DNA of 20,000 bases from Chiloscyllium plagiosum (lineage: Eukaryota): NCBI RefSeq assembly GCF_004010195.1, contig NC_057719.1, forward strand, positions 76,726,081-76,746,080. The letters run 5' to 3'. Below are positions 19,178 through 20,000 of this stretch, piece by piece. The notes under the pieces are model-generated. The model saw only the letters and a list, made by a program, of their open reading frames with translations. It ran no database searches and was not told the DNA's origin. Each line of letters begins with the position of its first letter. The first letter of the stretch is position 1. Made by a program: the position numbers and the translations under genes.

Positions 19178-19862
19178 AAAAGAACAAAGAACGAAGAAAA
19201 TTTTCAGCCCAGGAACAGGCCCTTCGGCCCTCCAAGCCTGAGCCGATCCAAATGTACTGTCTAAACCTGTCGCCCAATTCCTAACCATCTGTTTCTCACT
19301 GCTCCCCACCTACTCATGCATCTGTCCAGACGCATCTTAAAAAAATCTACCATGTGTGCTTCTACTACGTCTGCTGGCAATGCATTCCAGGCACCTACCA
19401 CCCTCTGTGAAAAGTACTTGTCGCATGTATCCCCCTTAAACTTTTCACCTCTCACCTTGAAAGCGTGACCTCTCATTATTGAATCCTTCACCTTGGGAAA
19501 AGCTTATCTCTATCTACCCTGTCTATATCCTTCATGATGTTGTAGACCTCAGTCAGGTTCCCCCCCTCAATCTCCTTTTTTCTAATGAAAACAAACCTAA
19601 CCTACTCAACCTCTCTTCATAGCTAGCACCTTCCATACCAAGCAACATCCTCTTAAACCTTCTCTCCACCCTCTCCAATCTGCTTTCTGCTACTCCACCA
19701 ATCTTCGTGTCATCTGCAAACTTGCTGATCATACTAACAGTTCCCTCTTCAAGATCATTTATGTATATTACAAACACCACTGGTCACCTTTCTCCATTTC
19801 GAGAAATCCCTTCAACTACTACTCTCTGTCTCCTGTTGCTCAACTAGTTCTTTATCCACCTT
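19178..19862 (-). mobile_element. CR1/HER1-like LINE 3' portion with large internal deletions
   Basis: Reads [50 protein letters not shown] and RGHAFKVRGEKFKGD...FSQRVVGAWNALP. It has a 3' stem-loop gggccgaagggcctgtt and a (TTCTTTG)-like tail. Confidence 0.96.
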
Positions 19863-19863
19863 T

Positions 19864-19909
19864 GATGCTGCCTGACATGCTGCGCTTTTCCAGCAACACA
19901 TCTTTCAAC
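19864..19909 (+). mobile_element. Penelope-like terminal fragment
   Basis: gatgctgcctgacatgctgcgcttttccagcaacaca shares gatgctgcctgac with the reverse complement of 14612-14624. Confidence 0.75.
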
Positions 19910-20000
19910 ACACGCACACTCACACAGACACAGATACACAAACACACAGATACACACACACTCTCTCACATAGACACACACACAGACTCACAGACACACA
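19908..20000. repeat. Imperfect (CA)n/(CAGACA)n microsatellite running off the window
   Basis: acacacgcacactcacacagacacagatacaca... Confidence 0.92.

Overview
This is non-coding, repeat-dense vertebrate DNA, almost certainly from a cartilaginous fish. It carries HE1-type V-SINEs with CR1/HER1-like tails, and the young HE1 copy resembles bamboo/carpet-shark copies (inference from recalled consensus). I find no intact host gene, and nearly all listed ORFs are spurious or pieces of decayed transposons. The window is a layered transposon graveyard with these components: four HE1 SINEs; several CR1, L2-clade, Rex1/Babar and RTE LINE relics; a second tRNA-derived SINE family; a DeuSINE-like tail; two solo LTRs; Gypsy gag-protease and pol relics; a decayed two-gene PIF/Harbinger transposon; and at least five Penelope-like terminal fragments, some retaining minimal hammerhead-ribozyme cores. 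The most notable details are insertion-junction structures (an 18-bp hairpin copied from the target flank, a 45-bp insertion with a 13-bp TSD, an 11-bp palindrome at a ribozyme core), a scrambled Gypsy pol relic, a degenerate minisatellite and two weak candidate exons. I do not see convincing evidence of a new functional system. Family names rest on motif recognition from memory, not on database searches, and boundaries of old elements are approximate.
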